DNA of 64,000 nt from Candidatus Bathyarchaeia archaeon (GCA_037481775.1 JBBFKZ010000005.1:1-64000); one strand, 5' to 3'; positions 41,804 to 52,853 are shown, counted from the first letter of the stretch. The notes: generated by a model from the letters alone, not told the origin. Numbers and translations: made by a program.

Positions 41804-43597
41804 ATGAACCTATTCGTGTTCTTGGCAATATGGGCTTTCTTGTGGTATATTCCGTTGCCGCCGAGAAAATTCAAGTTGAAATCCGGCTGGCGCTTCGCTT
41901 CGCTCTTGTTTGGGCTACTGATTTTCCTAATTATCGCGTCTCTGCAGACGCCCTTCAGCGTTTTTGTCTATCTGCTAATTCTCACAAGACTATTCGTGGC
42001 AATCATCGAATGGTCAGTTTCTATACAGCCACTGAAGATGGAAGAGCTTAAGCAGTACGCTTCTGCGGACACGCGGGTTCCAATTAACGTTTCTTTCAAA
42101 CTTCACAGGAAGACTGTTGGTTTTCTGTTGATATGCATATTCTTGTTCTCTACTGGTGCACTGATCGTTTATGATCAGATTCAGCGTGTAACTAATGCGT
42201 CTTACTTCAGCAGTTTCATCCAGTCAGCCTCTGGCTTACCGTTCAGCAGCACAATCCCCGATGATATGGTGCGTCTTGTCACACGCGAGCTTGCCGTGTC
42301 AATAGCGCGGCGACACATGTCCGAGTTCGGAAGCAACACGCAGATCCTGAGTTGCCACATAACCAAAACGCCTAATGGAAGCCTTGTCTGGGTAGCCTCC
42401 GTCGGCTCAACCAACGTTATAGCTGAGAACTACCTTAAAGGCTTCATAATTGTAGACGCAACTGACCCAACTGTTCCGCCGGCAATACTGCGCGCAGAAT
42501 TCGACATTGGCGAAGGCCTATGGTGGGATCGTAATGTGCCCCTCCGCAATTATATGGCTGATATGATGCGAACCTACGGTGTTGCTTACTACACATGGGA
42601 GTTAACCAACAGTAACCTGATGTACGTGGTAACCCGTTATAATGTCGGCTTCGACCTGATTAAGCGATATGAGCCGCCGCTTATTTATGACGCGCAGGGC
42701 AACTTGCAGCATGCGCCCACCGATATCCAAGCCATTCCCGAGTGGGTCACGCAGATTTATGACGAAGATTGGCTTGAAGCAATGATAACCGAGATAGGCA
42801 ATTTCCGCAGAGAAGGCGGCTTCGATTACTGGGCAGGCGGCTTCCTCTGGCTTATCCCGCCAAGCCGCGATCGCTTCGAAATCACTGAGGACACACGCTA
42901 CATAGTTGACCCAGAAACAAGCGATATCGCAGCTTTGGTCTGCGTTAATCCGGTGGAAAATCAACGGACACTCTCAGGAGTTTTCAAAGCCACCCGTGAA
43001 GGCATCCTATTCTACGACTTCTCACGGGAAAACTATATCTCCGGTTTGACTGCGGAGGACTTGGTTGAGGGAAGGCTGCCGAAACCTGCTACGGGAAGTT
43101 ACTACGCCATGATGCCTATGCTTTATACGGTGGAAACATCCGCGGGCAATTATCGGCTCGCGTGGTACGTTCCAATCTACTGGTACGAGTTAAGCGGAGA
43201 AGTTGACGAAACCGTGTATTTAGCTGGCTTCGCAATCGTTGACGCTTTGGACACCAGTAAGATAGCCTTAACCATCGGAGAGCAAGGCATTAGAAGCGAG
43301 CAGCTGGTGCGGAAAACCCGGTTGGACTTCATCAAACTGTTTGGTGTAACCACTTATCTGGAGCTAAACGCCACTGTTCTGGGCAAATATGATTACGTGG
43401 AAGATGGAGTGACGCATATAGTGCTGCACCTTGACAGCGCCGCTTATTCGTGGGTGGAGGCAACTCCGAAGGATTTGGCGGCTACGCAATGGAATGAACT
43501 TTTAGCTACGGCACCAGCAGACAAGGTTAGCTTGCAACTAGAAAAGCGTGGCGACAAGTGGATAATGACTTACTTCGAAAACATTGGCTTACCGTAG
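41804..43597 (+). CDS. Hypothetical membrane protein (N-terminal TMs, large extracytoplasmic domain)
   Basis: Long ORF; about 4 TM helices then about 450 aa of aromatic, beta-rich sequence. Confidence 0.75.
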   Translation: MNLFVFLAIWAFLWYIPLPPRKFKLKSGWRFASLLFGLLIFLIIASLQTPFSVFVYLLILTRLFVAIIEWSVSIQPLKMEELKQYASADTRVPINVSFKLHRKTVGFLLICIFLFSTGALIVYDQIQRVTNASYFSSFIQSASGLPFSSTIPDDMVRLVTRELAVSIARRHMSEFGSNTQILSCHITKTPNGSLVWVASVGSTNVIAENYLKGFIIVDATDPTVPPAILRAEFDIGEGLWWDRNVPLRNYMADMMRTYGVAYYTWELTNSNLMYVVTRYNVGFDLIKRYEPPLIYDAQGNLQHAPTDIQAIPEWVTQIYDEDWLEAMITEIGNFRREGGFDYWAGGFLWLIPPSRDRFEITEDTRYIVDPETSDIAALVCVNPVENQRTLSGVFKATREGILFYDFSRENYISGLTAEDLVEGRLPKPATGSYYAMMPMLYTVETSAGNYRLAWYVPIYWYELSGEVDETVYLAGFAIVDALDTSKIALTIGEQGIRSEQLVRKTRLDFIKLFGVTTYLELNATVLGKYDYVEDGVTHIVLHLDSAAYSWVEATPKDLAATQWNELLATAPADKVSLQLEKRGDKWIMTYFENIGLP

Positions 43598-43837
43598 AAT
43601 AAACGTTTTTCTACGCCGATTACCATCTGCTAAGCAGAGTGATGGGGTTTTACTGGGTTTGAAGTTTTAGCTAAGTAACAAAATTGACATTTTTCTTGCA
43701 AACGGCTTTAAACTGGCGCATTGGAATTCATGTAGTTTAATAAATTTTTACTCGTTACCGGCGCAGAAGAAACTGGAGAATTGCTTCTTTACTGCATTAA
43801 AGCTTTTCTGCTCTAAAGCTACTATATCCAGAGCAAT

Positions 43838-44188
43838 GTGGTGCGTATGAATCTGGAACAAGCTAAGGCTGCAAATAAGGCTTTGAACGAAATAAGCGAA
43901 GGCTACATCGACTTGATTCACGCAGTAAAAAGCACTGCTACATCTTCCGAAGCAGCTAAGAAGCTGTGGCGTGAGGGGAATGATTCTAAACTTATAAAAA
44001 TCGGTGTTGCGCTGATAGTGTTTCCAGAACCCACTCCTATCAGCGAAACAATTGGTGCGTGTTTTGTAGCGGCTGGTGCAGTTAAGAAGGGCATCCAAAA
44101 TAGAAGCCTCTATCTCGAAGACGTAACTAAAACGTTCAAAAATACAATGAAAACTGTGTTAGAAATGCGCAACTCCATGAAACTCTGA
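43838..44188 (+). CDS. Hypothetical protein
   Basis: ORF with a G.ALI.FPEP..SE..G motif. Confidence 0.65.
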   Translation: MVRMNLEQAKAANKALNEISEGYIDLIHAVKSTATSSEAAKKLWREGNDSKLIKIGVALIVFPEPTPISETIGACFVAAGAVKKGIQNRSLYLEDVTKTFKNTMKTVLEMRNSMKL

Positions 44189-44232
44189 AGAACGCGTGCG
44201 TAACCCTGCATCAGAGCGCAATGGAAACTGGC

Positions 44233-44640
44233 TTACTTCGCTATAGTTGAAATGAAACTACTTTTGTTTGGGAAGGGCAATGTCGCTCCGCCTGTTGCCT
44301 CTTCGGTTTTAACTGCGCTACTTGTGCCTATTTTTTGGCATATGAGGTTTAGTGAGTTTTCTGTGAAGTTGAGCATGTTTTGTCCTTCGGCGGTTAGTTT
44401 GTAGATTTTTCTGGGGCGTTCGCTGCTCATGTTCCATTCGCTGTGTACGTAGCCTTTCTTTTCCAGTGCTGCCAGCATCGGGTATATGGTGGATGGGCCG
44501 AAGTAGACGCCGAATGTTCTGCGGATCTTCGTGATAACTTGATAGCCGTGCATAGGCTCGGCGCTTAGAAACTGCAAAATAATCAAATCTAACAAGCCTT
44601 TTGCGAGTTTGGTTTGAACTTCTTTTTGTAGGTTGCCCAT
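44233..44640 (-). CDS. PadR-family transcriptional regulator
   Basis: PMHGYQVI, GPSTIYPML..LEKKGY, RPRKIYKLT; ATG at 44640 after GAGGGGG. Confidence 0.9.
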   Translation of the reverse strand: MGNLQKEVQTKLAKGLLDLIILQFLSAEPMHGYQVITKIRRTFGVYFGPSTIYPMLAALEKKGYVHSEWNMSSERPRKIYKLTAEGQNMLNFTENSLNLICQKIGTSSAVKTEEATGGATLPFPNKSSFISTIAK

Positions 44641-44907
44641 GTTTGTTTCCCCCTCTTGTTCTACACTCTGTTTGGTAAGACGTATATCTTGCGTCTTTAT
44701 ACAGACTAAAGGTGGATATAAAGGTTCATACATACCGCAAGCATATCCTATACACACGACAAACCATGCCCACCATGACAAAAAGCGCATTTCCTCATGG
44801 TACTCTACCGTTATTAATCATGTTTTATTGCATGGCGGCTATTTCAACTCCAACTGTTTAACATATCTACAAAAAACTAGCGCCGCCAACATCACAGCAG
44901 CAGGTGC

Positions 44908-45297
44908 TCACCGCACTTGTACTCTGAGGAAAGCTTGCAAGTCAGTTACATATTCTATGAAATCCAAGTTTCTTTTTTTGGGGAAATGCATGAAAATGGG
45001 GATTCTTTTGTGAAGTTCTTCGATTATTCTAATTTCTATTAGTTCTGCGCCTGCTCCAAAGATTTGTTCAATTGCTTCTGTGAATTCTTGGATTTTGTGT
45101 GGGAGTTCCTGCTTTTTGATTTTGAAAGTTTTTTCCATGCGGAAGTAGATGGTTTTTGTGATGTTTGGTCCTAATTGGGCGAATGCAGCGTCGATTGCTT
45201 CTATTAGTGTGTTTTCATAATTTTTTTGTTTTTGGTTGTGTTTCTTTTTGTGAAGTTGGATGGTGCATGTTGTGTTTGTGGTTGTTGTTTTTGTCAT
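44908..45297 (-). CDS. DUF3227/NitrOD-like protein (second paralog)
   Basis: LIEAIDAAFAQLG...IYFRMEK...ELP..I.EF..AIEQIFG; start uncertain. Confidence 0.6.
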   Translation of the reverse strand: MTKTTTTNTTCTIQLHKKKHNQKQKNYENTLIEAIDAAFAQLGPNITKTIYFRMEKTFKIKKQELPHKIQEFTEAIEQIFGAGAELIEIRIIEELHKRIPIFMHFPKKRNLDFIEYVTDLQAFLRVQVR

Positions 45298-45536
45298 TTT
45301 TTTAACCTTTTTTGTAGTTTTGTGGTACTGTTGTTTTGTATTACGCAACTACATATTACATCGTAAGATTCAATATATATGGCTTCTTTCCAGACCGACA
45401 TATTTCGAAAACAGCAATATGTGCACAAAAAGACACATAAACAATTCATCCACAACCAACAAAAAACAACACAAAACCTATAAAAATACTAAACTAACAG
45501 TATCCAAACCACACTCCCTTCTACCGGCTGAAACAC

Positions 45537-46655
45537 ATGAAAAAAATACTTACAATAACCTTCCTAAACTTCTTCATAGCCGGAGGACTAACCCTCACCA
45601 TCCCACTACTGCTACTGGAAAGAAACGTCAACCTAGTAGAAATCGGACTCGTAATCTCCACACTACCCATAGTCTTCCTAATAGCTCGCCTATTTATGGC
45701 AGCAATCGCCGACCTACAAGGATGGAACCGCATCTACCTGCTATTAAACTGGCCAGCCAGCCTCCTATCCACCCTCATATACTTCATTGCCAACTCCACA
45801 CCCATGTTTCTCATAGGAAAAATCGCGGAGGCAAGCAAAGAATCCGCCTATTGGGCAGTAAACCGCACCGCCATCTTCTCATTAGCCCCAAACCGGGAAG
45901 AAAAAGAAGCAACAAAAAACACAGCCATAATATTCCTCGCAACAGCCATAGGCAGCGCCATCGCAGGATTAGGCATCTACACTTTCGGCTTTTCAATTAC
46001 TCTCGGCATTTTCATTGCGGCATCAGCAGCTATTGGAATCCCCGCTGCTGCCCTATGGAAAACTGGACAAAATTTCAAGCCTAACAACGCTCAAACAAGA
46101 AAACTATTCGAGTTAAGAAACTACGGAAGAAAATTCTGGCTCGTTTCAATAACATTACTATTTTTCAGCTTAGCTTATTACCCACTGCTAAATTTGCTTT
46201 TGCCCGTCTTCATGGCACAGCAATTAAGCTACAATTACCTCACAATAGGCTTAGCTTACATGCTATTCAACATAATAGCTGGAATAACCATTTTTGGAAC
46301 CTTAAAGTTTCCGCTAGGGACAAAAAGAGCCCTCTTACAAAGCAGTATCGCCCTTGTCGCTTCAGTACTTTTGGCTTACTCAAATCTTTACTTCCCTGCC
46401 TTCTTAGCATTAGCCGCCGCCGAAGGGCTCGGAATGGGCTTCTTTGAAGCAATTATCGCCAAAGCAACCAAAAATAAATCCAGCGTCTCTATCAACATAG
46501 GCTTGCTCCATGTGCCCATGCGATTTGCCGAGTTCATTTCCATATTATACACAGGAATCGCTGCGCAGACCGTTGGGTATGTCCCCTTGTTCGTTCTTTC
46601 AGGATTTTTCTTCCTGATTTTCTCTGCTCTTGCAGCGCACTTAATTAAAAATTGA
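45537..46655 (+). CDS. MFS transporter
   Basis: About 12 TM helices, motif A-like AIADLQGWNR. Confidence 0.8.
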   Translation: MKKILTITFLNFFIAGGLTLTIPLLLLERNVNLVEIGLVISTLPIVFLIARLFMAAIADLQGWNRIYLLLNWPASLLSTLIYFIANSTPMFLIGKIAEASKESAYWAVNRTAIFSLAPNREEKEATKNTAIIFLATAIGSAIAGLGIYTFGFSITLGIFIAASAAIGIPAAALWKTGQNFKPNNAQTRKLFELRNYGRKFWLVSITLLFFSLAYYPLLNLLLPVFMAQQLSYNYLTIGLAYMLFNIIAGITIFGTLKFPLGTKRALLQSSIALVASVLLAYSNLYFPAFLALAAAEGLGMGFFEAIIAKATKNKSSVSINIGLLHVPMRFAEFISILYTGIAAQTVGYVPLFVLSGFFFLIFSALAAHLIKN

Positions 46656-46691
46656 CAAAAATGCATACAGTCACAAATTGCATTTGCAAAA

Positions 46692-47687
46692 TTACCTGCT
46701 AACTTTGTTGCACGCTACTAAGTGACCGTTGCCTACGTCGGCAAGCTCCGGAACATTCTCCATGCATCCATACTCTTTCGCGTAAATGCATCGTGGGTGA
46801 AATCGGCATCCAGCAGGAGGATTTATTGGGCTTGGGACTTCGCCAGGCAACACTATTCGCGACCTTTTGTTTTCAGGGTCTGGAACAGGGATTGCTGATA
46901 ACAGCGCTTGAGTGTACGGATGCAGCGGCGAATTGAACAATTCGCTTGTTTCAGCTATTTCCACGAACTTTCCAAGGTACATGACTGCAACTTTATGGCA
47001 AATATGCTTGACCGTGCTGAGGTCATGTGAAATATAGAGGTAAGCTATTCCGAATTTCTGTTGCAACTCCTGTAGCAAATTCAAAATTTGAGCTCTTACG
47101 GACACGTCAAGAGATGCTACTGGTTCATCTGCAATCAGCAATCGAGGCTCTACTGCCAAAGCGCGAGCAATGCAAATTCTTTGCCGCTGACCGCCGCTGA
47201 ATTCATGAGGATACCGCTCCGCATGGTAATCTTCCAAGCCCACCAGCTCTAAAAGCTCGTAAAGTCTATCACTCCACTTTTCCTTAGGCACATGCTTATG
47301 AATAACAAAGGGCTCCATGATTATGTCTGCCACTGTCATTCTCGGGTCAAGCGACGCGTAAGGATTCTGAAAGACATACTGCATTTTGCGTCTTAACTTC
47401 AAAATTTCCTGTTGGTTCTTCGACTTGAAAACCTTGCTGATTTCTTGTCCTTCAAAGTAAATTTCGCCTGAAGTTGGCGGATCCAAATACAATATAGCCC
47501 TAGCAGTGGATGTTTTCCCGCAGCCGCTTTCGCCAACTAAACCAAACGTCTCTCCTTTCCGAACTGAAAAGCTCACGCCGTCAACTGCGTGTACGACGCC
47601 AACATCCTTTTTCAAGAAGACACCCCTGCTTGTTAGGGGGTAATGCTTAACGAGGTTCTTGACTTCCAAAATCATTTCTGCACTCAC
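46692..47687 (-). CDS. Dipeptide/oligopeptide ABC transporter ATPase (DppF/OppF)
   Basis: GESGCGKT, FSGGQRQR, DEP, HPYT, PPAGCRFHPRC; start placed at GTG 47687. Confidence 0.93.
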   Translation of the reverse strand: MSAEMILEVKNLVKHYPLTSRGVFLKKDVGVVHAVDGVSFSVRKGETFGLVGESGCGKTSTARAILYLDPPTSGEIYFEGQEISKVFKSKNQQEILKLRRKMQYVFQNPYASLDPRMTVADIIMEPFVIHKHVPKEKWSDRLYELLELVGLEDYHAERYPHEFSGGQRQRICIARALAVEPRLLIADEPVASLDVSVRAQILNLLQELQQKFGIAYLYISHDLSTVKHICHKVAVMYLGKFVEIAETSELFNSPLHPYTQALLSAIPVPDPENKRSRIVLPGEVPSPINPPAGCRFHPRCIYAKEYGCMENVPELADVGNGHLVACNKVSR

Positions 47688-47692
47688 AGCTT

Positions 47693-48685
47693 TCACTTCC
47701 CCGAGTTTTTCATGAATTCTTTGGCGCGGATGCATGCCACGTAATGCTCTGGCTCAATCTCAACTAAAGGCGGAACTGCAGAAGCGCATTCAGCAACTGC
47801 GAAGTCGCATCTGGGGTGGAAACGGCAGCCTGATGGCGGCGAAATCAGGTTTGGAATAGCGCCTGGTATAATCTTCAGTTTTTCTCTTTTCATGGCTACG
47901 TTCGGAACCGCCTCTAAAAGCGCGCGAGTGTATGGATGCAGTGGATTGCGAAAGATAGTTCTTGTGCTGGCGACTTCGCAGACTCTTCCCGCGTACATAA
48001 CGTTTATTCTGTCAGCCACTCCGGCGACGACGCCCATGTCATGCGTGATCAGAATTATGGACATTCCCAGCTTTTTCTTCAGATTTTTCATTAACTCAAG
48101 GATCTGCGCTTGGATTGTGACATCCAAATTTGTGGTGGGCTCATCTGCCAAAAGCAGGCTAGGCTGACAGGATAATGCTCTGGCGATGGCGATGCGCTGC
48201 TTCATGCCGCCGCTCAGCTGATGCGGATAGTTCCAAATCTTTATCTCTGGGTCAGCTATTTCGACGAGTCTGAAGAGTTCTGTGGCTTTCTTCAAAGCTT
48301 CTTCTTTGGTGACATCTTGGTGTCGCCTTATGACCTCTGTCAGCTGGTCGGCAATGGTGAAAACGGGATTAAGCGAAGTTGCAGGATCCTGTGAGATATA
48401 CGCGATTTCTTTTCCTCTGATCTGCTGCATCTCATTTTCAGTTTTCTCCAGCAGATTTTCGCCTTTGTAGATTATTTTTCCGCCGATTATTTTGCCTGGT
48501 CTAGGCACTATTCTGAGGATGGATAGAGCGGTTACGGATTTTCCGGAGCCTGATTCGCCTACCAGCCCAAGGGTTTCGCCTTCTTTGACGTCTAAGCTTA
48601 CGCCGTCAACTGCTTTGACTACTCCCGCCCAAGTGTAAAAGTAAGTTGTCAAATTTTCAATTTTCAGTATTTCTTTTGGCGCCAT
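47693..48685 (-). CDS. Dipeptide/oligopeptide ABC transporter ATPase (DppD/OppD)
   Basis: GESGSGKS, LSGGMKQR, DEPTT, GCRFHPRC. Confidence 0.95.
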   Translation of the reverse strand: MAPKEILKIENLTTYFYTWAGVVKAVDGVSLDVKEGETLGLVGESGSGKSVTALSILRIVPRPGKIIGGKIIYKGENLLEKTENEMQQIRGKEIAYISQDPATSLNPVFTIADQLTEVIRRHQDVTKEEALKKATELFRLVEIADPEIKIWNYPHQLSGGMKQRIAIARALSCQPSLLLADEPTTNLDVTIQAQILELMKNLKKKLGMSIILITHDMGVVAGVADRINVMYAGRVCEVASTRTIFRNPLHPYTRALLEAVPNVAMKREKLKIIPGAIPNLISPPSGCRFHPRCDFAVAECASAVPPLVEIEPEHYVACIRAKEFMKNSGK

Positions 48686-48706
48686 TTGTTCTTTTGTCCT
48701 CCATAA

Positions 48707-49636
48707 TTATTCTCTAAGACGTGGGTCCAGTGCATCGCGTAAGCCATTCCCAAGCAGGTTGAAGCCGAGGACCAGTAGTGTGATGAATAACCCTGGAAAG
48801 ATTCCTTCCCACCATGCTTCTTTTACCGCTTCGCTTGCAAGCTGGAGTTGCTGACCCCAAGTAATGCTGTTCGGATCGCCGAATCCGAGGAAACTGACCC
48901 CTGCCTCAACTAAAATAGCCGTGGCTATCTGCAGCGTCGTTAAGACGATTATGACGTGTAAAACGTTAGGAAGCACATGTCGAAACATTATTCGCCATTT
49001 GCTGGCGCCCAGCGCTACCGCCGCTTCAATATACTCATTCTGCTTCACTCGAAGCACTTCCCCTCGGATGATACGCGCATTTGAAGCCCAAGAAAACAAC
49101 CCAATCATTAGGGTTACGGTGGTGAGGCCGCCGACGCCGGAGGGCGCAATAGTCATGGCTACTCTTAAGAAAACCAGCAGAATCAGAAGGAACGGTATGA
49201 CAAGGAAGATTTCTGTTATCCGCATTAAAATGTTATCCACGAGTCCGCCGAGGTATCCTGAGGTGATGCCTATTACAATTGCAAGCGACATAGCGATTGC
49301 TGCAGCGCCGAATCCTACGTACAAGACGTTGCCTGCGCCGTAAACAATTTGGCTGAATACGTCACGGCCAATGTAATCTGTGCCAAACCAGTATTTCGCA
49401 GACGGCGGCATCCTGATTTTGCCTTCTTCCTTGAAGCTTGCAAGGTAATTCAGCGGGTAACGCGCAATTATCGGACTGAAAACTGCAATGAATATTATAG
49501 CGCCGACTATGACGAGGCCTACTAGGGCTGCCTTATTTTTCTTAAATCGGCGCCATGCAATGCTCCATTGGCTTACCCCATCAGTTTTTCTTTTTTCAGG
49601 TGCTTCCATCAGTTTTTCTTTCATTACGTCTGCCAT
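48707..49636 (-). CDS. Peptide ABC transporter permease (DppC/OppC)
   Basis: FGTDYIGRDV, EYIEAAVALGAS (EAA loop), GNGLRDALDP. Confidence 0.95.
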   Translation of the reverse strand: MADVMKEKLMEAPEKRKTDGVSQWSIAWRRFKKNKAALVGLVIVGAIIFIAVFSPIIARYPLNYLASFKEEGKIRMPPSAKYWFGTDYIGRDVFSQIVYGAGNVLYVGFGAAAIAMSLAIVIGITSGYLGGLVDNILMRITEIFLVIPFLLILLVFLRVAMTIAPSGVGGLTTVTLMIGLFSWASNARIIRGEVLRVKQNEYIEAAVALGASKWRIMFRHVLPNVLHVIIVLTTLQIATAILVEAGVSFLGFGDPNSITWGQQLQLASEAVKEAWWEGIFPGLFITLLVLGFNLLGNGLRDALDPRLRE

Positions 49637-49660
49637 TCCTTTTTCCTCCTGCTTTCATTG

Positions 49661-50701
49661 TTACTCGATTCTAATTCTGGGGTCGATGTAAGCGTAAGCT
49701 ATGTCCGTTATTAAATTGGCAATCAAAACCATCAAGGTTACAAACACCGTTATTCCCGTTATAACGGGGAAATCAAGTTTTCCGATGGCTTCAACGTATA
49801 ATCGGCCGACACCAGGCCAATTAAACACTTTTTCAGTAATAGGTGCTCCCGCAAGCATGCCGCCGAAATAAAGTCCCACGTAGGTTACAACTGGGATCAA
49901 CGCGTTGCGCAGTGCATGTTTGTATATTACTGTTCGCTCGCTTAAGCCGCTGGCTCTTGCTGCAAGAATATAATCTTGTCTTAAAACTTCAAGCATGCTT
50001 GACCGGACTAGAAGCACTACGGGCGCCAACTCTGCGAAAGTTAAGACCGCCGCCGGCAGGAACAAGTGCCAAAGCTCATCTAGCAAATAGCTGCCAAACG
50101 GGTAACGTGAGGGATCTAGCGAGTGCGCCGCGCCATAGGGGAGCCAGCCTAGAGTGTAAGAGAAGATTAGTATGGCAACTATGCCCATGTAGAAAATTGG
50201 TATGCATGTTCCGACCAGCGATGTAGTTGTAACTGTCATGTCCAATTTTGAATACTGCTTACGTGCTGAGAGTATTCCAATTGGAATGGCGATTAGAAGT
50301 GAAAAGAAAAGTGCTGCAAGTTGAAGTTTGAAGGTTTCCCACGCGTAATCACCTACTAGCGTCGTTACTGATGTGCCGCCTCTTATCGCGTAGGAATTTC
50401 CAAGGTTTCCCTGCAGCATCTCCCATACGAACTTTAAGAATTGATAATATAGTGGCTGATCAAGTCCATAGTACTGTGTTAGGCGTTCTCTGGCTTCGGC
50501 TGTTATCCGCGGGTTAAGCCCAGTCATCAGCTTAACTGGGTCGCCTGCCATTCGCGTAGCGACAAACACTATAATGAGAATTCCGAAAAAGATGGGTATC
50601 AAATATAAAAGTCGCCGGAGAACATATTTCGTCATGGAGCTTTTGGCGATATTCTGAATTCTGGAGCGAAAGGCGTGAGAACCCTTTGTTTTGGCAGGCA
50701 A
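49661..50701 (-). CDS. Peptide ABC transporter permease (DppB/OppB)
   Basis: YVLRRLL, GLDQP, QDYILAARASGL, HALRNAL, DPRI. Confidence 0.95.
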   Translation of the reverse strand: MPAKTKGSHAFRSRIQNIAKSSMTKYVLRRLLYLIPIFFGILIIVFVATRMAGDPVKLMTGLNPRITAEARERLTQYYGLDQPLYYQFLKFVWEMLQGNLGNSYAIRGGTSVTTLVGDYAWETFKLQLAALFFSLLIAIPIGILSARKQYSKLDMTVTTTSLVGTCIPIFYMGIVAILIFSYTLGWLPYGAAHSLDPSRYPFGSYLLDELWHLFLPAAVLTFAELAPVVLLVRSSMLEVLRQDYILAARASGLSERTVIYKHALRNALIPVVTYVGLYFGGMLAGAPITEKVFNWPGVGRLYVEAIGKLDFPVITGITVFVTLMVLIANLITDIAYAYIDPRIRIE

Positions 50702-50883
50702 TCTTCTCCCCCTCCGATGTGTTACTCGTAACTTATAAAAGTTTTTTGAAAAATTCCGTGTTCTTTGCTTCTTAGAATCAATTGAATTACAAATTAAATT
50801 CGCAGTTATTAATTGGTAAATTTATGGCAAATGTTATAAAGCGAAACGAAATATAAAAGATTTCTCGGAGGAGGTTAGGAGAG

Positions 50884-52752
50884 TTGCTCTCTAAAACAAA
50901 AACACTGGCATTATGCTCGCTGCTGCTACTAAGTTTGCTTGCATTGCCCTGCATTACATTCGTTCAGAGCCAAGGTCAACCTTACTTCAAAATAACTTTG
51001 ATAGTTCCAGGTGCAAATCCTGCACGGAAACAATGGGCACAAATAATAGAAAATAGCTTAGATGCCGTCGGAATCGACGCGGTTAGGGTTGAGCTAGACT
51101 GGGGAACCGTTTACGACAGAGCCCTTACACCCCCCGCGGATATGGTAGGCAAAACCTACGATGAGGGTGGATTTGACGCGCTGTTTATTGGCTACGCAAT
51201 GGGCATCGACCCCGACCCATTCGGACTTTATGACAGTAGCCAGTTCCCGCCATCAGGACAAAACTACTACCTCTGGAATAACTCTGAAAATGATCGGCTA
51301 TGCAGGCTAATTAAGGAGACGGTTGACGAAAACAAGCGGCTAGAATATGTAAAGCAATGGCAAAAACTGGCATATGACGAAGTACCATCGGCCACAATAC
51401 TCTACACAAGAGAAGTTGTGGGATTTGATCCTACAGCACTGCAAAAAGAGCCCTTCTTGGCATATCACTATCCAGCATGGCCCAGAGTAAAGAACTGGAA
51501 ATTAGCCGCAGGTAGCACTCAGACCACAATAGTTGTTGCGCAGACAGGCCCTGCGCCTGAGGAAGGCTTGAACCCGCTGCTAACTACTTCATACTATGAC
51601 TTAACCGTCTATGACAACATTTTTGACAGCCTAGCAGAAAGATGGGACCTAATCGACATGGAAATGGTTCCAGCGCTTGCGACAAGCTGGGAAGTGGCCT
51701 CTGACCAAAAAACATGGACTGTCCATCTTAGACAGGGCGTGAAATGGCATGATGGCGTTGAATTTACTGCCGACGACGTTAAATTCACTTTTGAGTCTGC
51801 CATGGATCCAGAAATTGCCTCGCCTACAGGTGCTTTCATACAAGAAATCATAGGCAGCGCCGATAATATTGAAGTCGTTGATCCCTACACAGTTGTGTTC
51901 AGGCTTCCAAAGCCGTATGCGTATTTCGTTGAAAGTATTCTGGCGTCAGCCATAATTCCAAAGCATGTGCTCGAAAACGTCCCGCCGTCAGAATGGGCTT
52001 CGCATCCCTTCAACACTGCAGCAGGCAGCTATACCGTCGGCTCTTACACGGCATATGGGCCAATAGGAACTGGACCATACGTTTATGCAGCATATGACCC
52101 AACAACCACCGCTAACATAATGACGAAAAACCCGAACTACTGGAACAAAGCCGCACTAGAAGCAGCTGGAACATTCCAAATCGAAACGCTCTATGTACAA
52201 TGCATAGAATCTTCAGACGCAGCAATCTCAGCGCTCAAGTCTGGCGAGGTTGACGTATTAGACTCTCAATATCACTTGGAAACGAAACTTGCAAGCATTG
52301 AGAAGCCATGGGGTGACTATGCTGAGTACGACGCTTTCGGCGTTCAAGAACTTGGCTTTAACATGCAGCATCCAGTTTTCGGAACAGGCGTTGACACGCC
52401 GCTAGGCAAAAAGGACCCGTCACGTGCTGCTGAGGCTGCCCGTTATGTTAGACAAGCAATTAGCCACTTAATACCAAGAGAAGACATAATCAACACTATA
52501 CTAAATGGCTATGGAACACCGGGTGTAACCACGCCCATTACGACCCTGACTGCTGGATTTGACACGTCGCTAAAACCCTACGAATATAACGTTGAATTGG
52601 CCAAATCGCTATTGGCTGCAGCTGGCTACGAAACAGGCGTTCCGCCGCCCGCTGGCGATTTCCTGCAGCAGTACGGCCTGTACATAGCAGTAGTCGTAGT
52701 AGTGGTAGTAATCGTTGTGGTCGCCGTCTTGGCGCTTAGAAAGAAACGGTAG
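50884..52752 (+). CDS. Peptide ABC transporter substrate-binding protein (family 5), C-terminal TM anchor
   Basis: Signal peptide, LATSWE, LRQGVKWHDG..FTADDV, PIGTGPY; divergent from the permease genes. Confidence 0.92.
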   Translation: MLSKTKTLALCSLLLLSLLALPCITFVQSQGQPYFKITLIVPGANPARKQWAQIIENSLDAVGIDAVRVELDWGTVYDRALTPPADMVGKTYDEGGFDALFIGYAMGIDPDPFGLYDSSQFPPSGQNYYLWNNSENDRLCRLIKETVDENKRLEYVKQWQKLAYDEVPSATILYTREVVGFDPTALQKEPFLAYHYPAWPRVKNWKLAAGSTQTTIVVAQTGPAPEEGLNPLLTTSYYDLTVYDNIFDSLAERWDLIDMEMVPALATSWEVASDQKTWTVHLRQGVKWHDGVEFTADDVKFTFESAMDPEIASPTGAFIQEIIGSADNIEVVDPYTVVFRLPKPYAYFVESILASAIIPKHVLENVPPSEWASHPFNTAAGSYTVGSYTAYGPIGTGPYVYAAYDPTTTANIMTKNPNYWNKAALEAAGTFQIETLYVQCIESSDAAISALKSGEVDVLDSQYHLETKLASIEKPWGDYAEYDAFGVQELGFNMQHPVFGTGVDTPLGKKDPSRAAEAARYVRQAISHLIPREDIINTILNGYGTPGVTTPITTLTAGFDTSLKPYEYNVELAKSLLAAAGYETGVPPPAGDFLQQYGLYIAVVVVVVVIVVVAVLALRKKR

Positions 52753-52853
52753 CAAGCAAAAATCACCTTTCCCCCTTTTACTTTTTTTGATATTTCCTGC
52801 CAACACGAGACAATAGTTGTTAAAGCTAAACAGCGTTTCCAAGCGCTGATGTT

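Noticed and set aside
45260-46084. 274-aa ORF overlapping the MFS gene
   Set aside because: Alternate-frame artefact of A/C-skewed sequence that has few stop codons.
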